Shown here in pieces: positions 50,584 through 59,979 of a stretch of DNA of 64,000 bases. Source of the stretch: an uncultured Candidatus Saccharibacteria bacterium (lineage in GTDB: Bacteria; Patescibacteriota; Minisyncoccia; Phycocordibacterales; CSBR16-119); assembly GCA_964557535.1 (NCBI GenBank), contig CAZLAD010000004.1, forward strand, positions 19,039 through 83,038, written 5' to 3'. Below the pieces are notes generated by a model. It was not told where the DNA came from and did no database searches. It worked only from the letters and a program-made list of their open reading frames with translations. The translations under genes and the position numbers were made by a program. Numbering within the stretch: the first letter of the stretch is position 1; the number at the start of each line of letters is the position of its first letter.

Positions 50584-52533
50584 ATGCACAAAAAGAAAAG
50601 CCCTCCACCCCAAAGCCTAACCGGCATCATTCGTGTAAGCCAGCGCGGAACTGGCTATTTTCGTCTACCCGAAGGTCAGGCTGACGCCGAGATAAGTTAC
50701 GACGATTTGGGCACCGCGCTTCATGGCGACACAGTAAAAATTGAAAAAATCGGCGGTAAAATCCGTGACGGTGGTCCGCGCGCAAAAGTCATTGCCGTTA
50801 CAAAAAGAGCCAAGCGCGGATTTGCTGGAGAACTCGTTCACAATGGTCAGGATTTCGCTCTCAAGGCTTCTGACCCGCGCATGTACACACGAATCGTCAT
50901 CCCGAAGAAACTCGCCAAGGGCGCCAAAGTCGGTGACAAAATTTTTGTGACCCTAAGCACCTGGAAAGACATGAAATCAATTCCGCTTGGAAAAGTCGAC
51001 AAAATCCTTGGCCGTGCCGGTGAACACGAGGCCGAGATGCAGGGCATCATCTTAGAAAGGGGGTTCGAGTCCGGCTTCCCCGCCCTAGTTGAACGCGAAG
51101 CCGAAAAGATCAAACGCACACCACTTTCAGACGCAGAAATAAAACGTCGTCGTGACATGCGACACGTAACAACTTTTACCATTGATCCCGAAGACGCCAA
51201 AGACTTTGACGACGCACTATCATTTCGAAAGTTAGAAAGCCCGTCCGGCCAAAGTGAAAAATACGAAATCGGAATTCACATTGCCGACGTTAGTCACTAC
51301 GTAACCCCGGGAACAAATCTCGACAAAGAAGCTCTCGAACGGGCGACATCTGTGTATCTGGTCGACCGGACCATCCCGATGCTCCCAGAAATTCTCTCGA
51401 ACGATTTGTGTAGTCTAAATCCAGGCGTTGACAAGCTCGCCATGAGCGCCGTCTTTGAGATGGATGCAAACGGCCACGTATCAAAAGAATGGTTTGGGAA
51501 AACAATCATCAATTCAGACAAAAGATTCACATATGAAAATGCTCAAAAAGTTCTAGACGACGGAGGAGGCGAGTTTTTTGATGAACTAGACACGCTGAAC
51601 AAAATTGCAAAAAAACTAAATGCTCAAAGGATCAAAGACGGCGCAATTCTCATGGAGTCTGACGAGGTCAAATTCCGGCTCGACGAAAAAGGTAAACCAA
51701 TTTCTGTGTATATAAAAACTCGCGGAGATACAAACAAACTTATCGAAGAATTTATGCTCTTGGCCAATCGCCGAGTCGCCAAATGGGGTGGCAAAGACTC
51801 TTCGGGCAAGGACCGAGTTTTTATCTATCGCATCCATGACACACCAGACAAAGAAAAGGTAAAACTTCTAAAAGATTATCTCAAACTTCTGGGCTTTGAT
51901 TTGGCTGAACAAAAGGGCGTAGTAAAACCACACGAATGGAATCGACTCTTCAAAGATCTCGAAGGCCGAGCCGAACGAGACACTATCCAAACGACCGTCA
52001 TCCGTTCGATGGCCAAAGCAATTTATTCAACCAAAAACATGGGACACTATGGACTTGCTTTTGAATTTTATACCCACTTTACGTCGCCCATCAGACGTTA
52101 TCCAGACATCATCGCCCACAGACTACTTATGGACTACGTAAATGGTGTAAAAATTCCAAATGATCATATTGCCAAATTTCAAAAGATGTCCGAACATTGT
52201 TCCATGCGCGAAGTCGAAGCCGCCGAAGCTGAACGAGCGAGTATCAAATATAAACAAATGGAATACATGGCCGAGAGAATCGGACAAGATTTTGATGGAA
52301 TTATCACGGACATAAACGAATGGGGCATGTACGTCGCGGAAAAGACGACCAAGTCCGAAGGCGTTGTCCGTCTGCGTGATATTACAACCAACTCTTTTGT
52401 CTACGAAGAGAAAAAACTAATGCTAATCGACAAAAAAACCGATACGACTATGCGTATTGGCGACAATGTTCGCATCAAAGTAAAAAATGTGAACATCGAA
52501 AAACAACAAATAGACTATCTTTTGGTATCATAG
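50584..52533 (+). CDS. rnr: Ribonuclease R
   Basis: TIDPEDAKDFDDA, IEEFMLLAN, HFTSPIRRYPD, S1 domain. Confidence 0.96.
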   Translation: MHKKKSPPPQSLTGIIRVSQRGTGYFRLPEGQADAEISYDDLGTALHGDTVKIEKIGGKIRDGGPRAKVIAVTKRAKRGFAGELVHNGQDFALKASDPRMYTRIVIPKKLAKGAKVGDKIFVTLSTWKDMKSIPLGKVDKILGRAGEHEAEMQGIILERGFESGFPALVEREAEKIKRTPLSDAEIKRRRDMRHVTTFTIDPEDAKDFDDALSFRKLESPSGQSEKYEIGIHIADVSHYVTPGTNLDKEALERATSVYLVDRTIPMLPEILSNDLCSLNPGVDKLAMSAVFEMDANGHVSKEWFGKTIINSDKRFTYENAQKVLDDGGGEFFDELDTLNKIAKKLNAQRIKDGAILMESDEVKFRLDEKGKPISVYIKTRGDTNKLIEEFMLLANRRVAKWGGKDSSGKDRVFIYRIHDTPDKEKVKLLKDYLKLLGFDLAEQKGVVKPHEWNRLFKDLEGRAERDTIQTTVIRSMAKAIYSTKNMGHYGLAFEFYTHFTSPIRRYPDIIAHRLLMDYVNGVKIPNDHIAKFQKMSEHCSMREVEAAEAERASIKYKQMEYMAERIGQDFDGIITDINEWGMYVAEKTTKSEGVVRLRDITTNSFVYEEKKLMLIDKKTDTTMRIGDNVRIKVKNVNIEKQQIDYLLVS

Positions 52534-52654
52534 AGCCATGGATCCTGCGAGTGACCGAGGTCGCTTGGGGTGATATTTAAAAAACACAGGATCAAGCAAA
52601 AATTATTACAAATTAATTCGGGAAGCGGTGAGACCGCAACCTGTCACTATCGGG

Positions 52655-55165
52655 ATGGATTCAGGTTCAAAAAAAAGCTGGGTGAAAGTTTTCTTGTGGA
52701 GCATTATTGCTATTGGTTTTGGACTGGCTTTTTCGGCGCTGGTGGTTCAGGCTTTTAGCGAGATCTCTACGAGAACCAAAACCCAAACGCAGACGAGCGA
52801 AAGCCTCACCGAAACGACAGGAAACAATCTACTAGCACAATTAAAAGACTTTAAATATAGAACTTTTAATAGAGCCAAAAATATTGCCGGGTCTTTGAAT
52901 TTTAGCTACATCACCCAAGCTCCGGTAAGAAAATATCATCTCGAGGACGAATCATTACGCCCTCATGTCGGGGCTTTGGCTTATGTGGTTGGAGATGCCG
53001 ACACCGGACAAATAATCATATCGAAAAACGGGGACACGGTTTCGCCGATAGCATCGGTGACCAAACTAATGACCGCGCTTACATCGCTTGAGAGTCTAGA
53101 CCAAAGCGAAACAACCAAAGTTTCGAGAAAAGCTGTCGAAACTCTGGGTCAAAGTGGTCTATCTCAGGGTGATCGCATGAAAATATCTGACCTTATCTAC
53201 CCACTTCTTCTCGTCTCGTCAAACGATGCTTCGGAAGTTTTGGCCGAACATGCCGGTCGTGAAAAATTCTTGGGCTGGATGAATCAACACGCCAAAGATA
53301 TCGGTATGGAAAATACAAATTTCAATGATCCGAGCGGTCTTTCGGCAAAAAACTCTTCCACGGCCGAAGATTTATTTTCGATGGCTCATTATTTGTTTAC
53401 CAAACATCGCACCGTCTTTAACATCACAAATCTAGAACGTTATAGTGCCGAAGGCAGAACTTGGGTCAATGCCAATCGTTTTTCGAGAAGGGACGATTAT
53501 CTGGGTGGCAAAACCGGCTACACCGACGCCGCTCATCGCACTGGTGTATTTATTTTCTCTAGTCCAATCGCCAACGGAGAAATTCGAAATATCGCTATCG
53601 CGTTACTAAAGACAGACGATCGTGTTTCTGACATCAACAGAATTTTGGATTATGTGAAAGAAAATGTTTATTATTCATACGAAAATTCTACACAAGAAAA
53701 AGAAAGTGAAGTTACTCTTGGATTTGTTGGCGACATCATGCTTGATCGAGGTGTAAAAACTTCAATCATAAAAAACTTTGGTGGAAATTATGAAAAAATA
53801 TTGGCCGAAGCGCCAAGAATTCTCCAGCCAGATATTATGTTTGGAAATCTAGAAGGTCCAATTTCTGACAAAGGCACAAAAATTGGTAGCATCTACTCTT
53901 TTCGAATGGACCCGCTTTCGACCAAGGCTTTGAAAGAAGCTGGATTTGATGTCTTGTCTTTTGCTAACAATCACGTCGGTGATTATTCGACTCCCGCTTT
54001 TCTCGACACACTCGGCAGACTCAAAGAAGAAAACATCCTTTACGTCGGGGCTGGAGAAAACCACGCAGAAGCTTCTCGGGCGACAATCGTGGAAAGAGAC
54101 GGTGTCCGAATTGGATATTTGGCAATGTCGGACGTTGGCCCAGAATTTATGAAAGCGACCGAAGAAAAAATGGGCATACTTTTGGCGAGCGACAAAAATC
54201 TCGACGCTATTGTGAAGGAGGCAAAAGAATTGTCGGATATTTTAGTTGTGTCTGTTCACTGGGGCGACGAATACAAACCTCATAACAAAAAACAAGAAGT
54301 GCTAGCCAAGAGGTTGATTGATAACGGTGCAAATATTGTTGTCGGACATCATCCTCACGTTCCGCAAGATGTCGTAAATTACAAAGACGGCTTGATATTT
54401 TATTCTCTCGGTAATTTTGTTTTTGACCAATATTTCTCAAAAGAAACAATGGGCGGACTTTATGCCGAAGTTGTTGTGACCAAAAAAGGAATAAAAAGCC
54501 ACACCGAAACACCTTTTGTAATAAATGAAAAATATCAACCGATTCTGGGCAACAAAAAGACGGCCTCTTCCCCATCGACGGTATTTGAACGAGGATCTTG
54601 TCCTGTCGGAAACTCCGAAACAAACGAAACTTTTACAAATGTAAGTAATAAAAAATCTGTTGGTAAGTATATTCCAGAAAATCTAGTCGAAATCAGTAAA
54701 GTAATCCCGACAAAAGAAGGTAGAGAAATATGTCTTCTCGAGGAATCCGCCGTGGAACTTGAAAAAATGATTGTTGATGCAAAAAACAACAACGTCGACA
54801 TCTCTATAACTTCTGGTTTTCGAAGTTTTGAAATCCAAGAAATACTTTACGAAAACAGAAACACAACCGCCGAAGAAGAGTCAATTGCTATCCCTGGGCA
54901 TTCGGAACATCAGCTAGGTACAACCATAGATATAACGAGTGCCGAGATTGGAAACGCCTCAGCTAGCACGTTACTTAAAAACACCAAAGCCTTTGAGTGG
55001 ATGTCAGAAAATGCTCACAAATATGGCTTCGTCATGAGCTACCCAGAAAATCGTGATACGGGTTATATTTTCGAACCATGGCATTGGCGATATGTCGGTG
55101 CTGAAACTGCCAAAGAAATCAAAACAAAAAACCTAACAATCCAACAATATTTAGGGGAGATATAG
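52655..55165 (+). CDS. Membrane-anchored fusion: peptidase S11 D,D-carboxypeptidase + CapA/PGA_cap metallophosphoesterase + VanY (M15B) carboxypeptidase
   Basis: SVTK/SSN/KTG; GDIMLDRGV, NLEGP, ANNH, HWG, GHHPHV, YSLGNF; SEHQLGTTID, EPWHWRY. Confidence 0.88.
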   Translation: MDSGSKKSWVKVFLWSIIAIGFGLAFSALVVQAFSEISTRTKTQTQTSESLTETTGNNLLAQLKDFKYRTFNRAKNIAGSLNFSYITQAPVRKYHLEDESLRPHVGALAYVVGDADTGQIIISKNGDTVSPIASVTKLMTALTSLESLDQSETTKVSRKAVETLGQSGLSQGDRMKISDLIYPLLLVSSNDASEVLAEHAGREKFLGWMNQHAKDIGMENTNFNDPSGLSAKNSSTAEDLFSMAHYLFTKHRTVFNITNLERYSAEGRTWVNANRFSRRDDYLGGKTGYTDAAHRTGVFIFSSPIANGEIRNIAIALLKTDDRVSDINRILDYVKENVYYSYENSTQEKESEVTLGFVGDIMLDRGVKTSIIKNFGGNYEKILAEAPRILQPDIMFGNLEGPISDKGTKIGSIYSFRMDPLSTKALKEAGFDVLSFANNHVGDYSTPAFLDTLGRLKEENILYVGAGENHAEASRATIVERDGVRIGYLAMSDVGPEFMKATEEKMGILLASDKNLDAIVKEAKELSDILVVSVHWGDEYKPHNKKQEVLAKRLIDNGANIVVGHHPHVPQDVVNYKDGLIFYSLGNFVFDQYFSKETMGGLYAEVVVTKKGIKSHTETPFVINEKYQPILGNKKTASSPSTVFERGSCPVGNSETNETFTNVSNKKSVGKYIPENLVEISKVIPTKEGREICLLEESAVELEKMIVDAKNNNVDISITSGFRSFEIQEILYENRNTTAEEESIAIPGHSEHQLGTTIDITSAEIGNASASTLLKNTKAFEWMSENAHKYGFVMSYPENRDTGYIFEPWHWRYVGAETAKEIKTKNLTIQQYLGEI

Positions 55166-55223
55166 GTGCTTGACAAAAGATAAGATATATGTTAGGGTCT
55201 AGCCAAACCTGAACCCCAACAAC

Positions 55224-55571
55224 ATGGCAATCAAGAAAAGTGCTAAGTCCCTCGCGGACAACTCGACCAAGAAGGATGGGCCCACCCACCCGAAAAAGAG
55301 CCCACGGAAGCGCAAATCGCCAGTGAGCACTCGGCCATTCCGAGTGACCCGTGGCTTCGCCAAGAATCGTCGGGTGAAGTTCTGGATGGACCTCCTGATG
55401 ACCTTCGAACCGGTAGATCAGAAAGCGTGCCTCGAGGCAATCAGCTGGCGCATACCGAAAGACAACGGTCGCAACAAAACAGCTGAACAGGCACTGAAGT
55501 CCCTCTTGCGGAACCATGTGGTGGTGCCCATGGACGCTATCGTGCCGGCGCTCAAGAAGCGCTCACTCTGA
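55224..55571 (+). CDS. Hypothetical basic protein (stand-alone module)
   Basis: TTGACA-17-TAGGGT (55170-55198), leader AAACCTGAACCCCAACAAC-ATG, hairpin at 55630-55656. Confidence 0.6.
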   Translation: MAIKKSAKSLADNSTKKDGPTHPKKSPRKRKSPVSTRPFRVTRGFAKNRRVKFWMDLLMTFEPVDQKACLEAISWRIPKDNGRNKTAEQALKSLLRNHVVVPMDAIVPALKKRSL

Positions 55572-55664
55572 CCACGCACGATCAACCGGCTACTCATGAA
55601 AAAGTGAGCCGGCAAAGCCATGCATGCATGAAGCCCCCGACCTCGTCGGGGGCTTCTTCTTTTT

Positions 55665-55719
55665 TTACTTCGCGTAATTTTCGGCTTCGGAGAATTTGAT
55701 GGAGGAGCTTGGAACCGCC
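55665..55719 (-). pseudogene. Diverged duplicate of the smc 3' end
   Basis: Reads GGSKLL(2-nt deletion)IKFSEAENYAK* versus smc GGSKLLSIKFSDAENYAK*. Confidence 0.85.
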
Positions 55720-55879
55720 AAAACAAAGTCATTTTCCAAGAATATTCAGAGAGGTTGTAGAAAAAAAATCTAAAAATTAAATCATCCTAAAATGAAGAAT
55801 GGTTCTAGAATACTGAGCCATTATATAACCTTGACATTAGCTATCTTCTATGATAGAAGTAAATCAAACCAGAACAAAC

Positions 55880-56857
55880 ATGCGAACCGAAGATCTTCTA
55901 GACACACCTGATCTCGAGGAAAGAAGTGACTCTTTGATACCAGGCTTTAGAAGATTTTACTTCGAAAGCATCAAAGGGATTCGACTCCTGTCTCGCGACG
56001 AAGAATACGATCTGGGCGTAAAAAGCTCAAAAGGTGATAAAGTAGCGACCCAGAAGCTTGTCTACCATAACCTGAAATTCGTGGCCTGGAAAGTTCTCGA
56101 ATTTCTTGGATACCTAAGATACGACCGAGCTCTGTCTTTCGAAGACCTATTCCAACACGGGTCAATCGGACTCTGGAAAGCTGCAAAAAACTACAGACCC
56201 AGGAAAGACGTTAAATTCTTGAGCTATGCTGTCTTCAGCGTTGATGAAGCAATCATGACAGCAATCAGGAACAACCGTTTGATCAGAGTAAAGTCTGTGG
56301 GTCGCAAGTTAATCAAGAAATACGACCATGCTTTCGATCTCATTACCCATGATGTCGAAACCAACTACGCGCTGATTGAAGACGTGGCTGACGAAATGAA
56401 AATCGACGAGGAAAAAGTGCGGAAGATTTGCCTTTGGAAAGAACTTCTCCGTGTCGATAACCTAGATCAGCTTGCGTCTGAAGAAGATGGCGCCATCTGT
56501 TTCGATATCCTCGACAAAGATGCGCTAGAGCCAGACTCAGCTGCCCACGAAACGAGCCTGAAGGAGTTTCTTGAGATTTACTTGGGGAAGCTTTCCAACC
56601 TGACTACCAAGGAACAAGAAATAGTGACGATGTATTTCGGGCTAGCTGATCAAGAGAAGGTGAGCATGGAAGATATCGCCAAGATGTACGACCTACAAAG
56701 AGAGCGCGTGCGGCAAATAAAGGAGAAAGCACTACGGAGACTTCGATGGGGTGCTGGTCGATTACTCTTGGAGGTGTACCTTGATGATCCTTATGTGAGC
56801 GAGAGGATCAAGCACAGATTAGCCATGAGCCTGCGGAGTATTTTCGTAAGCCATTGA
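55880..56857 (+). CDS. Alternative sigma70-family (RpoD/RpoS-like) sigma factor
   Basis: LLSRDEE, HNLKFV, DLFQHGSIGL.KAA, KFLSYA, RERVRQIKEKALRRLR; own promoter (TTGACA 55831) and hairpin at 56861-56891. Confidence 0.88.
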   Translation: MRTEDLLDTPDLEERSDSLIPGFRRFYFESIKGIRLLSRDEEYDLGVKSSKGDKVATQKLVYHNLKFVAWKVLEFLGYLRYDRALSFEDLFQHGSIGLWKAAKNYRPRKDVKFLSYAVFSVDEAIMTAIRNNRLIRVKSVGRKLIKKYDHAFDLITHDVETNYALIEDVADEMKIDEEKVRKICLWKELLRVDNLDQLASEEDGAICFDILDKDALEPDSAAHETSLKEFLEIYLGKLSNLTTKEQEIVTMYFGLADQEKVSMEDIAKMYDLQRERVRQIKEKALRRLRWGAGRLLLEVYLDDPYVSERIKHRLAMSLRSIFVSH

Positions 56858-56896
56858 GCAAGAACCGCTGACCCTTCGGGTCGGCGGTTCTGTTTT

Positions 56897-59134
56897 TTAC
56901 TTGGCGTAGTTTTCAGCGTCTGAGAATTTGATTGATAGGAGTTTTGATCCGCCGTCAGATCCAATTGTTACACCGTAAATGACATCGGCACGAGACATTG
57001 TTTCTCTGTTGTGAGTGACGGTGATAAGTGAAGAATATTTCGAAAGAATTTCGATCATATCGCCATAACGTTTAGAATTGGCTTCGTCGAGTGCCGCATC
57101 CGTTTCATCGAGAACCAAAAATGGCGGCGGGTTAACTTGAGTCATGGCAAAGACAAGCGCGATAGAAGTAAGTGAGCGTTCGCCACCAGAAAGCATGGCC
57201 AGGTCTTTCACCTTCTTTTGTGGCAAAGTCACGTTAATCTCAATACCATAATCAAGTCTCTCTTCCTCGTCCGCATCCGAACTTTCTCCAGACTCATCGT
57301 CTTCTTCCGAATCATTTTTCTTTGATCCCTGAACAATGCTAGACAGATAAGCTGCGCCACCACCAAACATAAGTTTGAAAAATTCCTCAAAACGAACATT
57401 GATTTTCTCCATGCCTTCTTTGAATTCTCTGTCCAGAGTTTCTTTAAGATCGTCAATAAGTGTACGTAAATTGGAAATACTTTTTTCTAAATCTTCGAGC
57501 TCTTTGACCAAGAAATTATCTCGTTCTGTAATACTTTGATATTCTTTCATTACGTCATCGCCAGAGCCAGTACCCGCGTCTTCGAGTTTGATTTTGAGAC
57601 GCTCAATGTTGTGACGCATCTCGTCAGTGACTTCGACAATCGAAATATCACTTGTTCGAAATTGTAAAATTTCTTGACCAACCAAAACGACAGCTTCTTT
57701 GACTCCTTCTTCAAAAGAAGCTTTTCGCTTTTTGAAAAATTCATTTCGGTTTTGGAGAATTTCTTCTTCGGCCAAAATCTTGTTCTTTTTATTTTCAAGA
57801 GCAAATTTTTCTTCTTGGTCTTTGAACATCGTCACTCTATTTGACTCAATCGAAGAACGCAAAGAATTCATTTTTTCCAAATGAACTTTTCTTACTCTTT
57901 CAATTTCTTCTAGCTGAGCCGCGACTTCACGCTTTGTAACTTCTAGATCCTTGAAAGAGTTTGGTTTGTTTTCAGCTTTATTTTGTTTAAATCTCTGGCC
58001 AAAGTCCGTTATAGCTTTTCTCAAATACTTGAGATTTGATTTTATAACTTCGAGGTTTGAATCCGCCAAAGATCTTTCGAGAGTGCTTTCCATCTCACTA
58101 ATGAACGTCTCGAGGTCGCTTGATTTGATTGAAATACTGTCTGGTTTATCAGTTGTCGATCGATTCTCAAATTCGATCATACCTTCGATACGTCCAAGCT
58201 TTCTGGATAAATCATCTTTGGTTCGTTCAAGCGAAACAATTTCTTTTTCCAAATTACTGATTTCGATATTTTTTGAAGACTCGAAATCATTTGTTGAGAC
58301 ATCTTTCATCGAAGCTAATTTGACTTCAATTTCTTTTAGTTCGCGTTCTCGATCGTGATTTTTACTTTTCAGGAAAGCTTCTTCGTTTTGTAAAAACTTT
58401 TCTTCTGATTTGAAAAAGGTTAAATAAAGTTTAGAAAGTTCACTTCGAAGCTCGACGCTTTTTTCAACTTTTTCAACTTGTTTCTTGAGATATTTTATAT
58501 GTGGCGCAAGTTCACGACGAAGCATTCCGACTTCTTTCATGTTCTCTTCGGTCTTTTCAAGTTTCTTGTGCGATTCTTTGAGTTTGTTTTGATAAACTTT
58601 GAGACCTAAAGCATCCTCAATCATGATCCGACGATCTTTGGCTGAACTTGTGAGAATCCTGTCGGCTTGACCCTGAGAAATAATATGGTGACCCGAAGCA
58701 CCGATATTTACCGAAGCCAACATTTCGACAATGTCTTTCAAACGAACAGCTGAATTGTTGATGTAGTAGATATTATTTCCGTCGGCAAAGACTTCACGCT
58801 TCAAAATTATTTCGTCGAAATCTAGATTGATTGGCTCGGAACGTTCACCCAATTTAAAAACGCGATCTTTGTTATCAAAAGTTATTTCGACTGACGCACG
58901 TGAGCCTTTTGGTAAATCTTTTGAGCCTTTGAATATAAGGTCCGAGCCCGACTTTCCACGCAGAGATTTCATTGATTGTTCGCCAAGGACAAACCGGAAA
59001 GCTTCAACAACGTTTGATTTTCCAGATCCGTTTGGCCCGACGATTCCAACAACCGGCACGTCAAAATCCAGTCTGCTTTTTTTGGCAAACGACTTAAACC
59101 CGAGAAGTTCAATCCTCTTTAATTTCACCCCCAT
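56897..59134 (-). CDS. smc: SMC-family chromosome segregation ATPase (short form)
   Basis: GFKSF, GPNGSGKSN, IISQG, LSGGERS, LDETDAALDEAN. Confidence 0.92.
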   Translation of the reverse strand: MGVKLKRIELLGFKSFAKKSRLDFDVPVVGIVGPNGSGKSNVVEAFRFVLGEQSMKSLRGKSGSDLIFKGSKDLPKGSRASVEITFDNKDRVFKLGERSEPINLDFDEIILKREVFADGNNIYYINNSAVRLKDIVEMLASVNIGASGHHIISQGQADRILTSSAKDRRIMIEDALGLKVYQNKLKESHKKLEKTEENMKEVGMLRRELAPHIKYLKKQVEKVEKSVELRSELSKLYLTFFKSEEKFLQNEEAFLKSKNHDRERELKEIEVKLASMKDVSTNDFESSKNIEISNLEKEIVSLERTKDDLSRKLGRIEGMIEFENRSTTDKPDSISIKSSDLETFISEMESTLERSLADSNLEVIKSNLKYLRKAITDFGQRFKQNKAENKPNSFKDLEVTKREVAAQLEEIERVRKVHLEKMNSLRSSIESNRVTMFKDQEEKFALENKKNKILAEEEILQNRNEFFKKRKASFEEGVKEAVVLVGQEILQFRTSDISIVEVTDEMRHNIERLKIKLEDAGTGSGDDVMKEYQSITERDNFLVKELEDLEKSISNLRTLIDDLKETLDREFKEGMEKINVRFEEFFKLMFGGGAAYLSSIVQGSKKNDSEEDDESGESSDADEEERLDYGIEINVTLPQKKVKDLAMLSGGERSLTSIALVFAMTQVNPPPFLVLDETDAALDEANSKRYGDMIEILSKYSSLITVTHNRETMSRADVIYGVTIGSDGGSKLLSIKFSDAENYAK

Positions 59135-59149
59135 ATTTTACCACACCAG

Positions 59150-59281
59150 GCAAAGAAAAATCCTCATAAAAAGGACTCTCGCAAGAAAAAGCCCGCCTTT
59201 TGAAGGGCGGGCTTTTCGAGAGGGAGAAGTTTGTCGTTTACAGACAAAACTTCGTGCCTTTTTATGAGTATTTTTCTTTGC
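59150..59281. mobile_element. MITE-like element with 25-bp terminal IRs and two internal hairpins
   Basis: GCAAAGAAAAATCCTCATAAAAAGG / CCTTTTTATGAGTATTTTTCTTTGC (one mismatch). Confidence 0.65.
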
Positions 59282-59973
59282 TAATCCAACCACTTTTTTA
59301 GCTTGAGTGCTTCCTGAGCCGCAGCCTGCTCACCTTCTTGTTTGGATTTGCCGGAGCCTTTGGCAATAAGTTCATCTCCAAAAAATACACCGATAGTAAA
59401 ATTCTTATCATGGTCTGGGCCGGTTTCTTCAAGCACTTCATAGCGCGGCGTAATGTTCACAATCTCTTGAGCTTTTTCTTGGATTAGAGACTTGGAATCG
59501 CGCCAAAGTTTCTGAGCAACGATTTTTTCAATCTTGCCAAACAAAGCATCGGCTATGAATTTCTTGGCCGCATCATAACCAGCGTCTAGAAATATCGCGC
59601 CGATAACTGATTCGAAAGTGTTAGCGAGAATGTAGTCACGTGCCTTGCCTGTATCTTTGGCTTCGCCTTTGGACAAAAGAAGATAGTCGTTCATGCCAAG
59701 CTCCACCGCCGCAGCAGAAATCGAAACGGTATTAACGACAGCCGCACGGATAGCGGTTAGGTCGCCCTCTGATTTACCTGGGTAGCGTGCAAAAAGCTCT
59801 TCAGTTGTGACGAGTTCAAGCACCGCATCGCCCAAAAATTCTAGGCGTTCATTGTGAGACCCTGCACCAGCGTTTTCGTTTATATATGATCGATGAGTAA
59901 AAGCTTGTTTTAGTAGATCCTTGTCTTTGAAGTCTAAGTTATTTTCGGTTTCAAATTTCGCGAAGTTCGGCAT
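59281..59973 (-). CDS. rnc: Ribonuclease III
   Basis: AFTHRS, NERLEFLGDAVL, dsRBD GPDHDK...EQAAA. Confidence 0.98.
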   Translation of the reverse strand: MPNFAKFETENNLDFKDKDLLKQAFTHRSYINENAGAGSHNERLEFLGDAVLELVTTEELFARYPGKSEGDLTAIRAAVVNTVSISAAAVELGMNDYLLLSKGEAKDTGKARDYILANTFESVIGAIFLDAGYDAAKKFIADALFGKIEKIVAQKLWRDSKSLIQEKAQEIVNITPRYEVLEETGPDHDKNFTIGVFFGDELIAKGSGKSKQEGEQAAAQEALKLKKWLD

Positions 59974-59979
59974 AATTTT

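Noticed and set aside
52615-52650. Cobalamin riboswitch (GGGAA..GGTG)
   Set aside because: Too short; it lacks the remaining core and B12 box, and the downstream gene is unrelated.
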